From: Eledone cirrhosa
Taxonomy: Eukaryota
DNA: 64,000 nucleotides
Direction: 5' to 3'
NCBI GenBank assembly: GCA_964016885.1
Contig: OZ024740.1
Location: forward strand, 15,066,001 to 15,130,000
In this document: positions 13,701 to 28,100 of the stretch, piece after piece
Numbering within the stretch: the first letter of the stretch is position 1
How the letters are laid out: each line of letters starts with the position of its first letter
The notes under the pieces: generated by a model
Databases searched by the model: none
What the model saw: the letters and a program-made list of their open reading frames with translations, nothing else
What the model was told of the DNA's origin: nothing
Made by a program: the position numbers and the translations under genes

Positions 13701-16700
13701 GTGAAATATAGGATGTTTTAAACACCTTCATGGTTATATTTCCCAATAAACAGAGGTGTGAAATATAGGATGTTTTAAACACCTTCATGGTTATATTTCC
13801 CACTAAACAGAGGTGTGAAATATAGGATGTTGTAAACACCTTCATGGTTACATTTCCCACTAAACAGAGGTGTGAAATATAGGATGTTTAAAACACCTTC
13901 ATGGTTATATTTCCTACTAAACAGAGGTGTGACATATAGGATGTTTTAACACATTCATGGTTATATTTCCCACTAAGCAGAGGTGTGAAATATAGGATGT
14001 TTTACACACCTTCATGGTTATATTTCCCACTAAACAGAGGTGTGAAATATAGGATGTTTTAAACACCTTCATGGCTATATTTCCCACTAAACAGAGGTGT
14101 GAAATATAGGGTGTTGTAAACACCTTCATGATTATATTTCCCACTAAACAGAGGTGTGAAATATAGGATGTTTTAAACAACTTCATGGTTATATTTCCCA
14201 CTAAACAGAGGTGTGAAATATAGGATGTTTTAAAAATCTTCATGCTTATATTTCCCACTAAACAGAGGTGTGAAATATAGGATGTTTTAAACACCTTCAT
14301 GGTTATATTTCCTACTAAACAGAGGTGTGAAATATAGGATGTTTTAAACACCTTCATGATTATATTTCCCACTAAACAGAGGTGTGAAATATAGGGTGTT
14401 GTAAACAGCTTCATGATTATATTTCCCACTAAACAGAGGTGTGAAATATAGAATGTTTTAAATACCTTCATGGTTATATTTCCCAATAAACAGAGGTGTG
14501 AAATATAGGATGTTTCAAACACCTTCAAGGTTATATTTCCCACTAAACAGAGGTATGAAATATAGGATGTTTTAAACACCTTCATGGTTATATTTCCCAC
14601 TAAACAGAGGTGTGAAATATAGGATGTTTTAAACACCTTCATGGTTATATTTCCCACTAAAGAGAGGTGTGAAATATAGGATGTTTTAAACACCTTCATG
14701 GTTATATTTCCTACTAAACAGAGGTGTGAAATATAGGATGTTTTAAACACCTTCATGATTATATTTCCCACTAAACAGAGGTGTGAAATATAGGTTGTTT
14801 TAATCCCCTCCATGGTTATATTTCCCACTAAACAGAGGTGTGCAATATAGGATGTTTTAAACACCTTCATGATTATATTTCCCACTAAACAGAGGTGTGA
14901 AATATAGGATGTTGTAAACACCTTCATGGTTATATTTCCCACTACACAGAGGTGTGAAATATAGGGTGTTGTAAACACCTTCATGATTATATTTCCCACT
15001 AAACAGAGGTGTGAAATATAGAATGTTTTAAATACCTTCATGGTTATATTTCCCAATAAACAGAGGTTTGAAATATAGGATGTTTTAAACACGTTCATGG
15101 TTATATTTCCCACTAAACAGAGGTGTGAAATATAGGATGTTTTAAACACCTTCATGTTTATGTTTCCCACTAAACAGAGGTGTGAAATATAGGATGTTTT
15201 AAACACATTCATGGTTATATTTCCCACTAAACAGAGTTGTGCAATATAGGATGTTTTAACCACCTTCATGGTTATATTTCCCACTAAACAGAGGTGTGAA
15301 ATATAGGATGTTTTAAACACCTTCATGGTTATATTTCCCACTAAACAGAGGTAAGAAATATAGGATGTTTTAAACCCCTTCATGGTTATATTTCCCACTA
15401 AACAGAGGTGTGCAATATAGGATGTTTTAAACACCTTCATGATTATATTTCCCACTAATCAGAGGTGTGAAATATAGGATGTTGTAAACACCTTCATGGT
15501 TATATTTCCCACTACACAGAGGTGTGAAATATAGGATGTTGTAAACACCTTCATGATTATATTTCCCACTAAACAGAGGTGTGAAATATAGAATGTTTTA
15601 AATACCTTCATGGTTATATTTCCCAATAAACAGAGGTGTGAAATATAGGATGTTTTAAACACCTTCATGGTTATATTTCCCACTAAACAGAGGTGTGAAA
15701 TATAGGATGTTTTAAACACCTTCATGGCTATATTTCCCACTAAACAGAGGTGTGAAATATAGGATGTGTTAAACACCTTCATGGTTATATTTCCCACTAA
15801 ACTGAGGTGTGAAATATCGGATGTTTTAAACACCTTCATGGTTAAATTTCCCACTAAACAGAGGTGTGAAATATAGGATGTTCTAAACACCTTCATGGCT
15901 ATATTTTCCACTAAACAGAGGTGTGGAAGATAGGATGTTTTAAACCCCTTCATGGTTATATTTCACACTAAACAGAGGTGTGGAATATAGGATGTTTAAA
16001 ACACCTTCATGGTTAAATTTCCCACTAAACAGAGGTGTGAAATATATAATGTTTTAAATACCTTCATGGTTATATTTCCCAATAAACAGAGGTGTGAAAT
16101 ATAGGATGTTTTAAACACCTTCATGGTTATATTTCCCAATAAACAGAGGTGTGAAATATAGGATGTTTTAAACACCTTCATGGTTATATTTCCCACTAAA
16201 CAGAGGTGTGAAATATAGGATGTTGTAAACACCTTCATGGTTACATTTCCCACTAAACAGAGGTGTGAAATATAGGATGTTTAAAACACCTTCATGGTTA
16301 TATTTCCTACTAAACAGAGGTGTGACATATAGGATGTTTTAACACATTCATGGTTATATTTCCCACTAAACAGAGGTGTGAAATATAGGATGTTTTACAC
16401 ATCTTCATGGTTATATTTCCCACTAAACAGAGGTGTGAAATATAGGATGTTTTAAACACCTTCATGGCCATATTTCCCACTAAACAGAGGTGAGGAATAT
16501 AGGATGTTTTAAACCCCTTCATGGTTATATTTCACACTAAACAGAGGTGTGGAATATAGGATGCTTTAAACACCTTCATGGTTATAATTCCCACTAAACA
16601 GAGGTGTGAAATATAGGATGCTTTAAACACCTTCTTGGTTATATTTCCCACTAAACAGAGGTGTGAAATATAGGATGTTTTAAAAACCTTCATGCTTATA

Positions 16701-19700
16701 TTTCCCACTAAACAGAGGTGTGAAATATAGGATGTTTTAAACACCTTCATGGTTATATTTCCCACTAAACAGAGGTGTGAAATATAGGATGTTGTAAACA
16801 CCTTCATGGTTACATTTCCCACTAAACAGAGGTGTGAAATATAGGATGTTTAAAACACCTTCATGGTTATATTTCCTACTAAACAGAGGTGTGACATATA
16901 GGATGTTTTAACACATTCATGGTTATATTTCCCACTAAGCAGAGGTGTGAAATATAGGATGTTTTACACACCTTCATGGTTATATTTCCCACTAAACAGA
17001 GGTGTGAAATATAGGATGTTTTAAACACCTTCATGGCTATATTTCCCACTAAACAGAGGTGTGAAATATAGGGTGTTGTAAACACCTTCATGATTATATT
17101 TCCCACTAAACAGAGGTGTGAAATATAGGATGTTTTAAACAACTTCATGGTTATATTTCCCACTGAACAGAGGTGTGAAATATAGGATGTTTTAAAAATC
17201 TTCATGCTTATATTTCCCACTAAACAGAGGTGTGAAATATAGGATGTTTTAAACACCTTCATGGTTATATTTCCTACTAAACAGAGGTGTGAAATATAGG
17301 ATGTTTTAAACACCTTCATGATTATATTTCCCACTAAACAGAGGTGTGAAATATAGGGTGTTGTAAACAGCTTCATGATTATATTTCCCACTAAACAGAG
17401 GTGTGAAATATAGAATGTTTTAAATACCTTCATGGTTATATTTCCCAATAAACAGAGGTGTGAAATATAGGATGTTTCAAACACCTTCAAGGTTATATTT
17501 CCCACTAAACAGAGGTATGAAATATAGGATGTTTTAAACACCTTCATGGTTATATTTCCCACTAAACAGAGGTGTGAAATATAGGATGTTTTAAACACCT
17601 TCATGGTTATATTTCCCACTAAAGAGAGGTGTGAAATATAGGATGTTTTAAACACCTTCATGGTTATATTTCCTACTAAACAGAGGTGTGAAATATAGGA
17701 TGTTTTAAACACCTTCATGATTATATTTCCCACTAAACAGAGGTGTGAAATATAGGTTGTTTTAAACCCCTCCATGGTTATATTTCCCACTAAACAGAGG
17801 TGTGCAATATAGGATGTTTTAAACACCTTCATGATTATATTTCCCACTAAACAGAGGTGTGAAATATAGGATGTTGTAAACACCTTCATGGTTATATTTC
17901 CCACTACACAGAGGTGTGAAATATAGGGTGTTGTAAACACCTTCATGATTATATTTCCCACTAAACAGAGGTGTGAAATATAGAATGTTTTAAATACCTT
18001 CATGGTTATATTTCCCAATAAACAGAGGTTTGAAATATAGGATGTTTTAAACACGTTCATGGTTATATTTCCCACTAAACAGAGGTGTGAAATATAGGAT
18101 GTTTTAAACACCTTCATGTTTATGTTTCCCACTAAACAGAGGTGTGAAATATAGGATGTTTTAAACACATTCATGGTTATATTTCCCACTAAACAGAGTT
18201 GTGCAATATAGGATGTTTTAACCACCTTCATGGTTATATTTCCCACTAAACAGAGGTGTGAAATATAGGATGTTTTAAACACCTTCATGGTTATATTTCC
18301 CACTAAACAGAGGTAAGAAATATAGGATGTTTTAAACCCCTTCATGGTTATATTTCCCACTAAACAGAGGTGTGCAATATAGGATGTTTTAAACACCTTC
18401 ATGATTATATTTCCCACTAATCAGAGGTGTGAAATATAGGATGTTGTAAACACCTTCATGGTTATATTTCCCACTACACAGAGGTGTGAAATATAGGATG
18501 TTGTAAACACCTTCATGATTATATTTCCCACTAAACAGAGGTGTGAAATATAGAATGTTTTAAGTACCTTCATGGTTATATTTCCCAATAAACAGAGGTG
18601 TGAAATATAGGATGTTTTAAACACCTTCATGGTTATATTTCCCACTAAACAGAGGTGTGAAATATAGGATGTTTTAAACACCTTCATGGCTATATTTCCC
18701 ACTAAACAGAGGTGTGAAATATAGGATGTGTTAAACACCTTCATGGTTATATTTCCCACTAAACTGAGGTGTGAAATATCGGATGTTTTAAACACCTTCA
18801 TGGTTAAATTTCCCACTAAACAGAGGTGTGAAATATAGGATGTTCTAAACACCTTCATGGCTATATTTTCCACTAAACAGAGGTGTGGAAGATAGGATGT
18901 TTTAAACCCCTTCATGGTTATATTTCACACTAAACAGAGGTGTGGAATATAGGATGTTTAAAACACCTTCATGGTTAAATTTCCCACTAAACAGAGGTGT
19001 GAAATATATAATGTTTTAAATACCTTCATGGTTATATTTCCCAATAAACAGAGGTGTGAAATATAGGATGTTTTAAACACCTTCATGGTTATATTTCCCA
19101 ATAAACAGAGGTGTGAAATATAGGATGTTTTAAACACCTTCATGGTTATATTTCCCACTAAACAGAGGTGTGAAATATAGGATGTTGTAAACACCTTCAT
19201 GGTTACATTTCCCACTAAACAGAGGTGTGAAATATAGGATGTTTAAAACACCTTCATGGTTATATTTCCTACTAAACAGAGGTGTGACATATAGGATGTT
19301 TTAACACATTCATGGTTATATTTCCCACTAAACAGAGGTGTGAAATATAGGATGTTTTACACATCTTCATGGTTATATTTCCCACTAAACAGAGGTGTGA
19401 AATATAGGATGTTTTAAACACCTTCATGGCCATATTTCCCACTAAACAGAGGTGAGGAATATAGGATGTTTTAAACCCCTTCATGGTTATATTTCACACT
19501 AAACAGAGGTGTGGAATATAGGATGCTTTAAACACCTTCATGGTTATAATTCCCACTAAACAGAGGTGTGAAATATAGGATGCTTTAAACACCTTCTTGG
19601 TTATATTTCCCACTAAACAGAGGTGTGAAATATAGGATGTTTTAAACACCTTCATGGTTATATTTCCCCCTAAACAGAGGTGTGCAATATAGGATGTTTT

Positions 19701-22140
19701 AAACACCTTCATGGTTATATTTCTCACTAAACAGAGGTGTGAAATATAGGATGTTTTAACACCTTCATGGTTATATTTCCCACTAAACAGAGGTGTGAAA
19801 TATAGGATGTTTTAAACACCTTCATGGTTATATTTCCCACTAAACAGAGGTGTGAAATATAGGATGTTTTAAAAACCTTCATGCTTATATTTCCCACTAA
19901 ACAGAGGTGTGAAATATAGGATGTTTTAAACACCTTCATGGTTTTATTTCCCACTAAACAGAGGTGTGAAATATAGGATGTTTTAAACCCCTTCATGGTT
20001 ATATTTCCCACTAAACAGAGGTGTGCAATATAGGATGTTTTAAACACCTTCATGATTATATTTCCCACTAAACAGAGGTGTGAAATATAGGATGTTTTAA
20101 ACACCTTCATGGTTATATTTCCCACTACACAGAGGTGTGAAATATAGGATGTTTTAAACACCTTCATGGTTATATTTCCTACTAAACAGAGGTGTGAAAT
20201 ATAGGATGTTTTAAACACCTTCATGATTATATTTCCCACTAAACAGAGGTGTGAAATATAGGATGTTTTAAACCCCTTCATGGTTATATTTCCCACTAAA
20301 CAGAGGTGTGCAATATAGGATGTTTTAAACACCTTCATGATTATATTTCCCACTAAACAGAGGTGTGAAATATAGGATGTTGTAAACACCTTCATGGTTA
20401 TATTTCCCACTACACAGAGGTGTGAAATATAGGGTGTTGTAAACACCTTCATGATTATATTTCCCACTAAACAGAGGTGTGAAATATAGAATGTTTTAAA
20501 TACCTTCATGGTTATATTTCCCAATAAACAGAGGTTTGAAATATAGGATGTTTTAAACACGTTCATGGTTATATTTCCCACTAAACAGAGGTGTGAAATA
20601 TAGGATGTTTTAAACACCTTCATGTTTATGTTTCCCACTAAACAGAGGTGTAAAATATAGGATGTTTTAAACACATTCATGGTTATATTTTCCACTAAAC
20701 AGAGGTGTGAAATATAGGATGTTTTAAACCCCTTCATGGTTATATTTCCCACTAAACAGAGGTGTGCAATATAGGATGTTTTAAACACCTTCATGATTAT
20801 ATTTCCCACTAAACAGAGGTGTGAAATATAGGATGTTGTAAACACCTTCATGGTTATATTTCCCACTACACAGAGGTGTGAAATATAGGGTGTTGTAAAC
20901 ACCTTCATGATTATATTTCCCACTAAACAGAGGTGTGAAATATAGAATGTTTTAAATACATTCATCGTTATATTTCCCAATAAACAGAGGTGTGAAATAT
21001 AGGATGTTTTAAACACCTTCATGGTTATATTTCCCACTAAACAGAGGTGTGAAATATAGGATGTTTTAAACACCTTCATGGCTATATTTCCCACTAAACA
21101 GAGGTGAGGAATATAGGATGTTTTAAACCCCTTCATGGTTATATTTCACACTAAACAGAGGTGTGGAATATGGGATGCTTTAAACACCTTCATGGTTATA
21201 TTTCCCACTAAACAGAGGTGTGAAATATAGGATGCTTTAAACAACTTCATGGTTATATTTCCAACTAAACAGAGGTGTGAAATATAGGATGTTTTAAACA
21301 CCTTCATGGTTATATTTCCCACTAAACAGAGGTGTGAAATATAGGATGTTTTAAACACCTTCATTGTTATATTTCCCACTAAACAGAGGTGTGAAATATA
21401 GGATGTTTTAAACACCTTCATGGTTATATTTCCCACTAAACAGAGGTGTGCAATATAGGATGTTTTAAACACCTTCATGGTTATATTTCCCACTAAACAG
21501 AGGTGTGAAATATAGGATGTTTTAACACCTTCATGGTTATATTTCCCACTAAACAGAGGTGTGAAATATAGGATGTTTTAAACACCTTCATGGTTATATT
21601 TCCCACTAAACAGAGGTGTGAAATATAGGATGTTTTAAACCCCTTCATGATTATATTTCCCACTAAACAGAGGTGTGCAATATAGGATGTTTTAAACACC
21701 TTCATGATTATATTTCCGACTAAACAGAGGTGTGAAATATAGGAAGGTGTAAACACCTTCATGGTTATATTTTCCACTACACAGAGGTGTGAAATATAGG
21801 GTGATGTAAACACCTTCATGCTTATATTTCCCATTAAACAGAGGTGTGAAATATAGAATGTTTTAAATACCTTCATGGTTATATTTCCCAATAAACAGAG
21901 GTGTGAAATATAGGATGTTTCAAACACCTTCATGGTTATATTTCCCACTAAACAGAGGTGTGAAATATAGGATGTTTTAAACACCTTCATGGTTATATTT
22001 CCGACTAAACAGAGGTGTGCAATATAGGATGTTTTAAACACCTTCATTGTTATATTTCCCACCTAACAGAGGTGTGAAATGTAGGATGTTTTAACACCTT
22101 CATGGTTATATTTCACACTAAACAGAGGTGTGAAATATAG
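7790..22140. repeat. Higher-order duplication: ~7790-13260 repeated at ~16790-22140 (offset 8999 bp)
   Basis: ORF pairs 7880/16879, 9422/18421, 9959/18958, 10273/19272, 10495/19494, 10728/19727, 12147/21146 and 12494/21493 are all offset by 8999. Confidence 0.9.
13780..19640. repeat. Tandem higher-order duplication, 2962-bp unit (52 monomers minus 2 bp), 2 copies
   Basis: ORF pairs 13917/16879, 15459/18421, 15996/18958, 16310/19272 and 16532/19494 are all offset by 2962, with near-identical translations. Confidence 0.92.
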
Positions 22141-25100
22141 GATGTTTTAAACACCTTCATGGTTATATTTCCCACTACACAGAGGTGTGAAATATAGGGT
22201 GTTGTAAACACCTTCATGATTATATTTAGAACTAAACAGAGGTGTGAAATATAGGATGTTTTAAACACCTTCATGGTTATATTTCCCACTAAACAGAAGT
22301 GTGAAATATAGGATGTTTTAAACACCTTCATGGTTATATTTCCCACTAAACAGAGGTGTGCAATATAGGATGTTTTAAACACCTTCATGATTATATTTCC
22401 CACTAAACAGAGGTGTGAAATATAGGATGTTGTAAACACCTTCATAGATATATTTCCCACTACACAGAGGTGTGAAATATAGGGTGTTGTAAACACCTTC
22501 ATGATTATATTTCACACTAAACGGAGGTGTGAAATATAGAATGTTTTAAATACATTCATGGTTATATTTCCCAATAAACAGAGGTGTGAAATATAGGATG
22601 TTTTAAACACCTTCATGGTTATATTTCCCACTAAACAGAGGTGTGAAATATAGGATGTTTTAAACACCTTCATGGCTATATTTCCCACTAAACAGAGGTG
22701 AGGAATATAGGATGTTTTAAACCCCTTCATGGTTATATTTCACACTAAACAGAGGTGTGGAATATAGGATGCTTTAAACACCTTCATGGTTATATTTCCC
22801 ACTAATCAGAGGTGTGAAATATAGGATGCTTTAAACACCTTCATGGTATATTTCCCACTAAACAGAGGTGTGAAATATAGGATATTTTAAACACCTTCAT
22901 TGTTATATTTCCCACTAAACAGAGGTGTGAAATATAGGATGTTTTAACACCTTCATGATTATATTTCCCACTAAACAGAGGTGTGAAATATAGGATGTTT
23001 TAAACACCTTCATGGTTATATTTCCCACTAAACAGAGGTGTGAAATATAGGATGTTTTAAAAACCTTCATGGTTATATTTCCCACTAAACAGAGGTGTGA
23101 AATATAGGTTGTTTTAAACACCTTCATGGTTATATTTCCCACTAAACAGAGGTGTGAAACATAGGATGTTTTAAACCCCTTCATGGTTATATTTCCCACT
23201 AAACAGAGGTGTGCAATATAGGATGTATTAAACACCTTCATGATTATATTTCCCACTAAACAGAGGTGTGAAACATAGGATGGTGTAAACACCTTCATGG
23301 TTATATTTCCCACTACACAGAGGTGTGAAATATAGGGTGATGTAAACACCTTCATGCTTATATTTCCAACTAAACAGAGGTGTGAAATATAGGATGTTGT
23401 AAACCACTTCATAGTTATATTTCCCACTACACAGAGGTGTGAAATATAGGGTGTTGTAAACACCTTCATCATTATATTTCCCACTAAACAGAGGTGTGAA
23501 ATATAGAATGTTTTAAATACATTCATCGTTATATTTCCCAATAAACAGAGGTGTGAAATATAGGATGTTTTAAACACCTTCATGGTTATATTTCCCACTA
23601 AACAGAGGTGTGAAATATAGGATGTTTTAAACACCTTCATGGCTATATTTCCCACTAAACAGAGGTGAGGAATATAGGATGTTTTAAACCCCTTCATGGT
23701 TATATTTCACACTAAACAGAGGTGTGGAATATGGGATGCTTTAAACACCTTCATGGTTATATTTCCCACTAAACAGAGGTGTGAAATATAGGATGCTTTA
23801 AACACCTTCATGGTTATATTTCCAACTAAACAGAGGTGTGAAATATAGGATGTTTTAAACACCTTCATGGTTATATTTCCCACTAAACAGAGGTGTGAAA
23901 TATAGGATGTTTTAAACACCTTCATGGTTATATTTCCCACTAAACAGAGGTGTGAAATATAGGATGTTTTAAACACCTTCATGGTTATATTTCCCACTAA
24001 ACAGAGGTGTGAAATATAGGATGTTTTAAACCCCTTCATGGTTATATTTCCCACTAAACAGAGGTGTGCAATATAGGATGTTTTAAACACCTTCATGATT
24101 ATATTTCCCACTAAACAGAGGTGTGAAATATAGGATGTTGTAAACACCTTCATGGTTATATTTCCCACTACACAGAGGTGTGAAATATAGGGTGTTGTAA
24201 ACACCTTCATGATTATATTTCCCATTAAACAGAGGTGTGAAATATAGAATGTTTTAAATACGTTCATGGTTATATTTCCCAATAAACAGAGGTGTGAAAT
24301 ATAGGATGTTTCAAACACCTTCATGGTTATATTTCCCACTAAACAGAGGTGTGAAATATAGGATGTTTTAAACACCTTCATGGTTATATTTCCCACTAAA
24401 CAGAGGTGTGAAATATAGGATGTTTTAAACACCTTCATGGTTATATTTCCCACTAAACAGAGCTGTGAAATATAGGATGTTTTAAACAGCTTCATGATTA
24501 TATTTCCCACTAAACAGTGGTGTGAAATATAGGATGTTGTAAACACCTTCATGGTTATATTTCCCACTAAACAGAGGTGTGAAATATAGGATGTTTTAAA
24601 CACCTTCATGGCTATATTTCCCACTAAACAGAGGTGAGGAATATAGGATGTTTTAAACCCCTTCGTGGTTATATTTCACACTAAACAGAGGTGTGGAATA
24701 TAGGATGTTTTAAACACCTTCATGGTTATATTTCCCACTAAACAGAGGTGTGCAATATAGGATGCTTTAAACATCTTCATGGTTATATTTCCAACTAAAC
24801 AGAGGTGTGAAATATAGGATGTTTTAAACACCTTCATGGTTATATTTCCCACTAAACAGAGGTGTGAAATATAGGATGTTTTAAACACCTTCATGGTTAT
24901 ATTTCCCACTAAACAGAGGTGAGGAATATAGGATGTTTTAAACCCCTTCATGGTTATATTTCACACTAAACAGAGGTGTGGAATATAGGATGCTTTAAAC
25001 ACCTTCATGGTTATATTTCCCACTAAACAGAGGTGTGAAATATAGGATGCTTTAAACACCTTCATGGTATATTTCCCACTAAACAGAGGTGTGAAATATA

Positions 25101-28100
25101 GGATGTTTTAAACACCTTCATTGTTATATTTCCCACTAAACAGAGGTGTGAAATATAGGATGTTTTAAACACCTTCATGGTTATATTTCCCACTAAACAG
25201 AGGTGTGCAATATAGGATGTTTTAAACACCTTCATGGTTATATTTCCCACTAAACAGAGGTGTGAAATATAGGATGTTTTAACACCTTCATGGTTATATT
25301 TCCCACTAAACAGAGGTGTGTAATATAGGATGTTTAAAACACCTTCATGGTTATATTTCCCACTAAACAGAGGTGTGAAATATAGGATGTTTTAAAAACC
25401 TTCATGGTTATATTTCCCACTACACAGAGGTGGGAAATATAGGATGTTTTAAACACCTTCATGGTTATATTTCCCACTAAACAGAGGTGTGAAATATAGG
25501 ATGTTTTAAACCCCTTCATGGTTATATTTCCCACTAAACAGAGGTGTGCAATATAGGATGTTTTAAACACCTTGATGATTATATTTCCCACTAAACAGAG
25601 GTGTGAAATATAGGATGTTGTAAACAACTTCATAGTTATATTTCTCACTAAACAGAGGTGTGAAATATAGGATGTTTTAAACACCTTCATGGTTATATTT
25701 CCCACTAAACAGAGGTGTGAAATATAGGATGTTTTAAACCCCTTCATGGTTATATTTCCCACTAAACAGAGGTGTGCAATATAGGATGTTTTAAACACCT
25801 TCATGATTATATTTCCCACTAAACAGAGGTGTGAAATATAGGATGTTGTAAACAACTTCATAGTTATATTTCCCACTACACAGAGGTGTGAAATATAGGG
25901 TGTTGTAAACACCTTCATGATTATATTTCCCACTAAACAGAGGTGTGAAATATAGAATGTTTTAAATACATTCATCGTTATATTTCCCAATAAACAGAGG
26001 TGAGGAATATAGGATGTTTTAAACCCCTTCATGGTTATATTTCACACTAAACAGAGGTGTGGAATATGGGATGCTTTAAACACCTTCATGGTTATATTTC
26101 CCACTAAACAGAGGTGTGAAATATAGGATGCTTTAAACACCTTCATGGTTATATTTCCAACTAAACAGAGGTGTGAAATATAGGATGTTTTAAACACCTT
26201 CATGGTTATATTTCCCACTAAACAGAGGTGTGAAATATAGGATGTTTTAAAAACCTTCATGGTTATATTTCCCACTAAACAGAGGTGTGAAATATAGGAT
26301 GTTTTAAACACCTTCATGGTTATATTTCCCACTAAACAGAGCTGTGAAATATAGGATGTTTTAAACCCCTTCATGGTTATATTTCCCACTAAACAGAGGT
26401 GTGCAATATAGGATGTTTTAAACACCTTCATGATTATATTTCCCACTAAACAAAGGTGTGAAATATAGGATGTTGTAAACACCTTCATGGTTATATTTCC
26501 CACTACACAGAGGTGTGAAATATAGGGTGTTGTAAACAGCTTCATGATTATATTTCCCACTAAACAGAGGTGTGAAATATAGAATGTTTTAAATACCTTC
26601 ATGGTTATATTTCCCAATAAACAGAGGTGTGAAATATAGGATGTTTCAAACACCTTCAAGGTTATATTTCCCACTAAACAGAGGTATGAAATATAGGATG
26701 TTTTAAACACCTTCATGGTTATATTTCCCACTAAACAGAGGTGTGAAATATAGGATGTTTTAAACACCTTCATGGTTATATTTCCCACTAAAGAGAGGTG
26801 TGAAATATAGGATGTTTTAAACACCTTCATGGTTATATTTCCTACTAAACAGAGGTGTGAAATATAGGATGTTTTAAACACCTTCATGATTATATTTCCC
26901 ACTAAACAGAGGTGTGAAATATAGGTTGTTTTAAACCCCTCCATGGTTATATTTCCCACTAAACAGAGGTGTGCAATATAGGATGTTTTAAACACCTTCA
27001 TGATTATATTTCCCACTAAACAGAGGTGTGAAATATAGGATGTTGTAAACACCTTCATGGTTATATTTCCCACTACACAGAGGTGTGAAATATAGGGTGT
27101 TGTAAACACCTTCATGATTATATTTCCCACTAAACAGAGGTGTGAAATATAGAATGTTTTAAATACCTTCATGGTTATATTTCCCAATAAACAGAGGTTT
27201 GAAATATAGGATGTTTTAAACACGTTCATGGTTATATTTCCCACTAAACAGAGGTGTGAAATATAGGATGTTTTAAACACCTTCATGTTTATGTTTCCCA
27301 CTAAACAGAGGTGTGAAATATAGGATGTTTTAAACACATTCATGGTTATATTTCCCACTAAACAGAGTTGTGCAATATAGGATGTTTTAACCACCTTCAT
27401 GGTTATATTTCCCACTAAACAGAGGTGTGAAATATAGGATGTTTTAAACACCTTCATGGTTATATTTCCCACTAAACAGAGGTAAGAAATATAGGATGTT
27501 TTAAACCCCTTCATGGTTATATTTCCCACTAAACAGAGGTGTGCAATATAGGATGTTTTAAACACCTTCATGATTATATTTCCCACTAATCAGAGGTGTG
27601 AAATATAGGATGTTGTAAACACCTTCATGGTTATATTTCCCACTACACAGAGGTGTGAAATATAGGATGTTGTAAACACCTTCATGATTATATTTCCCAC
27701 TAAACAGAGGTGTGAAATATAGAATGTTTTAAATACCTTCATGGTTATATTTCCCAATAAACAGAGGTGTGAAATATAGGATGTTTTAAACACCTTCATG
27801 GTTATATTTCCCACTAAACAGAGGTGTGAAATATAGGATGTTTTAAACACCTTCATGGCTATATTTCCCACTAAACAGAGGTGTGAAATATAGGATGTGT
27901 TAAACACCTTCATGGTTATATTTCCCACTAAACTGAGGTGTGAAATATCGGATGTTTTAAACACCTTCATGGTTAAATTTCCCACTAAACAGAGGTGTGA
28001 AATATAGGATGTTCTAAACACCTTCATGGCTATATTTTCCACTAAACAGAGGTGTGGAAGATAGGATGTTTTAAACCCCTTCATGGTTATATTTCACACT

